64,000 nucleotides of DNA, taken from NCBI RefSeq assembly GCF_964194025.1, contig NC_134473.1:73036001-73100000 (forward strand), in the 5' to 3' direction. Source of the DNA: Convolutriloba macropyga (taxonomy: Eukaryota). The notes beneath the pieces are model-generated. The model was not told where the DNA came from. It worked only from the letters and a program-made list of their open reading frames with translations, and did no database searches. A program made the position numbers and the translations under genes. Positions 59,073-64,000 of this stretch are shown here, piece after piece; positions within the stretch are counted from its first letter, which is position 1, and each line of letters opens with the position of its first letter.

Positions 59073-61709
59073 ATTGTCTGGGGATTTTTTTGCATTTTTG
59101 TATAAATTATTAAATGGATCACAAATTTTTGAAAAAGGTCCCAAATTGTTTGCAACGTCGGAGTTGAAACATAAATGGAAATTTATATATTAATGGAAAA
59201 TTTGTAAAATCATTACAATTTTTCCAAAAATTGTCCATAAAACTTTATATACAAAGCATTTGTTTTTTTATATATTTACATCCCATATTAAAATTTAAAC
59301 AAATTAGTTGTTTTTATGATTCTTTTAAAGCTCCCCCAAAGCCGTTGCAATAAGCCGTTCTTTGACTAACTCTTGAGGAATGTATTTCAATTTGCTAGGT
59401 TTTGCCATTTAACCGAGATCATCCATAGTTGAGGCGAATCAGTTCAATTGCATTCTTCAGTAATGGAGCATGTTTTCTACTGACTTCTATCTGAAGGTTT
59501 TGAATACTTCATAAACATTAGGAAAAACAATCTAAATTTTGGGAAAAAAGGGTTTTTTAGCCAAATAGAGGCGTTTTTCGCTTTAATATCCTGATTATTT
59601 ATATAGTTTGCTATTTTCCAATTAACTTTTTTGTTTGTTATTCGATAACACGATCAGTTGCAAAGTTTTGCGTTTATCAGATTCTTCATATGAATCGAAG
59701 AATTAGAGCTCATTCTATCAGGTATAGTTTTGAAAGGCATACTTCAGTAATAAAATTATCAATAAGTCTCATTTTCTAAAATATCGACTAACTCATACAC
59801 ACTAGAAACAAAAACGCATATACAAGGAGCAAAGCATAATTTTGTGCACAAAATAAAAACGAAACTATCAAAAGTTTAAATAAACGTTTAAACGTGATTT
59901 GAGTTTTCAACCTCCTACGATCTGTCTCAAGCTGTCCTCTGTCAACAACTACGTCTGATCAAAAAATTTGTTTTGAAGTTTTGTACTAATTCAATTGAAA
60001 TACAATAAAAAGGTGCGTTTTTGACACAAGAAAGATAGTTATTTACAGAGCATAAGAGGTGTTGAGAATATCAATTAGATAATACTTATCAGAAACAGAT
60101 AGGTAAATCGGAAACAAGGAAAAGTTTGCGCTCAAAATCAAAAGGAAATGTAGTGATCTCTATAGCACGTATGATAAAAAATTACCAAGAGGAAATTGAA
60201 TTAAAATATTGGTTCTGAAAATGCTCAAAAATTGAGCTAGTGCTTTTTGCAATTATCCATGCAAAATTTTGAGAAAATTTAAATTAACTCGAACTATTTT
60301 ACTTGGTTGACAGGTGAAATTTTGGGTCCTCTTTTGGTGGACGCTTTTTCTAAATTAAGTTACTTTTTCATCATGATGGTTGTGATTTTGTCTGGGGATT
60401 TTTTTTGCATTTTCTGTATAAATTATTAAATGGATCATAGATTTTTGAAAAAGTTCCCAAATTATTTACAACGTCGGAGTTGAAACTTAAATGCAAATTT
60501 ATATATTAAAGGAACATTTGTAAAATCATTACAATTTTTTCAAAAATATTGTTAATAAAGCTTTATATACAAGTCAATTTTTTCTTATATATTTACATCT
60601 AATAATAGAATTTAAACAAATTAGTTGTTATTTATGATTCTTTTAAAGCTCCCCCGAACAAAATTTTCAATAACTTGCTAGATTTTGCGATAAGCCGTTC
60701 TTTGAGAAACTCTTGAGGAATGTATTTCAATTTGCTAGGTTTTGCCAGTTAACCGAGATCATCCATAGTTGAGGCGAATCAGTTCAACTGCACTCTTCAG
60801 CAATGGGGCATTTTTTTTAATGACTTTATCTGAAGGTTTTGAATACTTCATAGACATTAGGAAAAACTAGCTAAAGTTTGAGAAAAATGGGTTTTTTAGC
60901 CAAATAGAGGCGCTTTTTCTCTTTAATATCCAGATTTTTTATGTAGTTTTCTATTTTCCAATCAACTTTTTTTATTTGTTATTCGATAACTCGATGGGTT
61001 GCAAAGTATTGCGTTTATCAGATTCTTCATAGGAATCGAAGAATTAGAACTCATTCTAACAGGTATAGTTTTGAAAGGCATAATTCAGTAATAAAATTAT
61101 CAATAACTATCATTCTCTAAAATATCGACTAACTCATACACACTAGAAACAAAAACGCATATACAAGGAGCAAAGCATAATTTTGCGCACGAAATCAGAA
61201 CGAAACTTTTAAAATTTTAACGTGATTTGAGATTTCAAACTCCTACGATGTGTCTCAAGCTGTCCTCTGTCAACAACTACGTCTGATCAAAAAAATTGTT
61301 TTGACGTTTTGTATCAATTTAAATGAAATACAATAAAAAGGTTCATTTTTGACAAAAGAGAGATAGTTATTTACAGAGCATAAGAAGCATTTAGAATATC
61401 AATTAGTTAATACTTATCAGAAACAGAAAGGTAAACCAGAAACAAGGAAATGTTTGCGCTCAAAATCAAAAGGAAATGTAGTGATCTCTATAGCACGTAT
61501 GATAAAAAAATTACCAAGAGGAAATTGAATTAAAATATTGGTTCTGAAAATGCTCAAAAATTGAGCTAGTGCTTTTTGCAATTATCTATGCAAAATTTTG
61601 AGAAAATTTAAATTAACTCGAACTATTTTACTTGGTTGGCAGGTGAAATTTTGGGTCCTCTTTTGGTGGACGCTTTTTCTAAATTAGGTTACTTTTTCAT
61701 TATGATGGT
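59073..61709. repeat. Tandem duplication of a ~1.3-kb non-coding unit
   Basis: TTGTCTGGGGATTTTTT.. starts at ~59074 and ~60388; both copies end ..TACTTTTTCATYATGATGG; scattered SNPs and indels distinguish them. Confidence 0.93.
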
Positions 61710-62426
61710 CATAATCCTCTAGTTTAGGTTGAGTTGATAATTTGGAGGAGGTCAATGGCTGTAACAGTCAATCTTTTTTGCGAGACAGAAATTTAGATAT
61801 GACTTTCTGAGATAAAACCAACCTATTTTCCATAGTTAGATTTAGAAAAGAGGTTGGTTTTACACCATTATTTTTAACTTGACATCAGAATTCATCAGGT
61901 AATTTCTCCTCTGGTTTTGTAGGTTTTCAACCGTTTGAACTTTCAAATTTTTTGATGTCTCTACAAAATCCTCACAGGAAAGGTTTCCAGCTTTTATCTG
62001 AGATAGATCTCAGAAGTGATCATCATAATTAGATGGGAATCTCTGGCAGATTTCAACAAGCAGTTACCAGTTATTCAAGTTTCCAAGAGTTACCAGGTGT
62101 CTGCTCTCGGAGGCCCTAAAAATTATTACGTAACAAATGTTTTCCGACGCTGAATACTACCAAATTAATTACACAGGTTTCCATTTGCGCGCAGAAGCGG
62201 AAATAATTTTCTAATTCTACACAGTTGGTTGATTGATTTGATACAAATTAAAGTATCCGTTATAATCAATCTAATATTTTAAAACTAACAAGTGTGATCT
62301 GTTCTTAAAATAATGTCGACTAAATTTGAAAAGCTATTGAAAAGCGTTTCCATTGACAGTTCGCGCACACGTTATGTAACTAACGTTTTTGTACGTGGAT
62401 GTGTGCAGTAAAAAGAAGGGCAGAAA

Positions 62427-62716
62427 TGATTACTATCAATTCGGCTCTCAAAATTATCATTTGTTTCGCCGTTTTTCAGGCCCTGCAAACGTTAAATGCA
62501 GCTATTTACTGTCAGTTGCGGACGAGATTGTCCATTTTTAATAATGTGAGAAGCAAAACAGAACTGAAAGGCTACATCATTTCCTCTCTGTGGGCCACAG
62601 ACTTAAAACAGTGTGCAAATTTTTGTCACGGGACGACGTACAAATGCCAGTCTTTCAATTTTTGCGGAGGAAAAGTTTGCCAGCTAAACTACGCGGCAGC
62701 TGGAGATATTAACAAA
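62427..62716 (+). CDS. Secreted PAN/apple-domain protein, N-terminal exon (3' end uncertain)
   Basis: Signal peptide MITINSALKIIICFAVFQALQTLNA, then C-x3-C..CQSFNFC..CQLN typical of PAN domains. Possible donor AAA|GTGCGT at 62717; otherwise the frame runs into the transposon at 62799. Confidence 0.7.
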
Positions 62717-62802
62717 GTGCGTGGGAAAATAGTGAGCGGTGCGAGTATTCAGGAACACCCGATGATTGTGTACAATTCAATCCTGAAAGTGAACCTTACC
62801 CG

Positions 62803-63433
62803 CCCGGGTCGAGGTTTTGACAAAAAATAATGTAAGATTAGCGGTGAATAGCGGTGAAAAAAAACTTTTTCACCGCAAAGCGCCCGCATCTTTTAGCGTT
62901 GAATGCGCTGAAAGCGGTGAATTTTTGTAAGAATAGCGTTGAATTTTGCGGTGAAAAATTTTTTTTCACCGCATTCACCGGAATTCTTACAAAAAAGAAA
63001 CTGCCGTACAAGGGTTCGAACCTCTACCTCATGCGTGTGACCATGAGTAATCCACTGCGGCATCTGTCACTTACTTCAATGATATTTCCTGTGAATATAA
63101 GATAAGCGTTGAAATTATAGCGGTAAATTTTTGTAAGATTTGCGATTTTAGCGGTGAAAAATTTTTTTTCACCGCATTCTGCTGGTAGCGGTGAAAAATT
63201 TTTTTTCACCGCAATCTGGTGGTAGCGGTGAAAAATTTTTTTTCACCGCATCCTGCTTGTAGCGGTGAAAAATTTTCTTTCACCGCTTAAGCGCTGAAAA
63301 AAATTTTTTCACCGCTTAAAAGTTTTTTTTTCACCGCATTCATCGCATTGAACGCAAATCTTACACTTTTACTCAAATTCATCGCAAATCTTACATCTTT
63401 TAGCGGTTTTTAGCGGTGACACCTCGACCCGGG
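62803..63433. mobile_element. CMC/EnSpm-type non-autonomous element rich in GCGGTGAAAA repeats
   Basis: TIR CCCGGGTCGAGGT...ACCTCGACCCGGG; flanks CG/TG; many GCGGTGAA/TTCACCGC palindromic units. Confidence 0.85.
63003..63070 (-). other. tRNA-like cassette inside the CMC element (degenerate second copy at ~63712-63780)
   Basis: A-box-like TGCCGCAGTGG, stem CTCATG-N8-CATGAG and B-box/T-loop AGGTTCGAACCCT; imperfect acceptor and D stems. Confidence 0.5.
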
Positions 63434-64000
63434 TGGGTCGAGGTTTTGTCGAAAAAATAATGTAAGAAATGCGGTGAAAAAAATTTTCACTGTAAGCGCC
63501 CGCATCTTAGAGCAAAGAATGCGGTGAAAGCGGTAATATTGTAAGATTAGCGGTTTATAGTGGTGAATTTTTGTAAGATTTGCGGTTTCTAGCCATGAAT
63601 CTTTGTAAGAGTTGCGGTTCTTAGCGGTGAACTTTTGTACGATTTGCGGTTGTTAGCAGTGACATTTTTATTTTCACTGCAGTCACCTGAATTCTTACAA
63701 AAAAAAATTTGACGTACAGGGTTCGAAACTCTCAGCTCCTACATGTCAACAATTTCGTTTTCCACTACGCAATCATTCACTTATTTCTATAACATTTCCT
63801 ATGAATTTAAATCAGATTCAACGTTATGGGAAATAATGCGGTGAAAGTTTGTAAGATTAGTGGTTTAGCGGTGAATTTCACCTAAGCGATAAAAAAAATA
63901 ATTCACCGCTACCAATGGGAAGCGCTGAAAATAAAAATTCACCGCTAAAAAAGTAATTTTTCTCCGCAAAAAAACTACTGTGATTTCTAGCAGTAAATTT

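Larger units (their letters stand above)
62799..64000. mobile_element. Older copy of the same CMC family, interrupted in its left TIR by the 62803 copy; runs off the window
   Basis: CC+CG (62799-62802) joined to GGTCGAGG (63436 on) rebuilds CCCGGGTCGAGG; the downstream sequence parallels the inner copy. Confidence 0.75.

Noticed and set aside
58435-61825. TAGGTGG..CCAACCTA as TIRs enclosing the 1.3-kb duplication
   Set aside because: Match too short and no TSD
63003-63070. Functional tRNA gene
   Set aside because: Acceptor and D stems are defective and the loop has 8 nt; kept only as tRNA-like

Overview
AT-rich eukaryotic (metazoan, invertebrate-like) genomic DNA dominated by transposable elements, with a 200-N scaffold gap at 57189-57388. 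It is not prokaryotic, and most short ORFs in the track are noise. Three host genes can be pieced together from splice signals. (1) The first three coding exons of CFAP96/C4orf47 lie on the minus strand (13793->1503), with a young, intact 8.4-kb BEL/Pao LTR retrotransposon (2391-10820) in intron 2. (2) A four-transmembrane (claudin/PMP22-like topology) gene lies on the plus strand, with exons at ~20966, 25155 and 36272 and a GC-AG first intron. Two CR1/L2-group LINEs sit in its introns. One is near full length, with an SGNH-esterase ORF1 and an ORF2 headed by a hydrophobic leader plus a 2A ribosome-skipping motif. (3) A secreted PAN/apple-domain exon starts at ~62427. The window also holds an older BEL/Pao with 158-bp LTRs (40628-49098) whose integrase core is replaced by an inverted copy of its own 5' end, and a Gypsy element (49947-54380) with near-identical LTRs and a TSD but no integrase, ending instead in a 34-aa tandem repeat. 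There are many MITEs: poly-G/C hAT-type with 8-bp TSDs, CCC-ended CMC/EnSpm-type with 2-bp TSDs (one family carrying a tRNA-like cassette), a Tc1-like one and a Crypton-like hairpin. Several tandem duplications are present. All coordinates and mismatch counts were read by eye; no searches were run.
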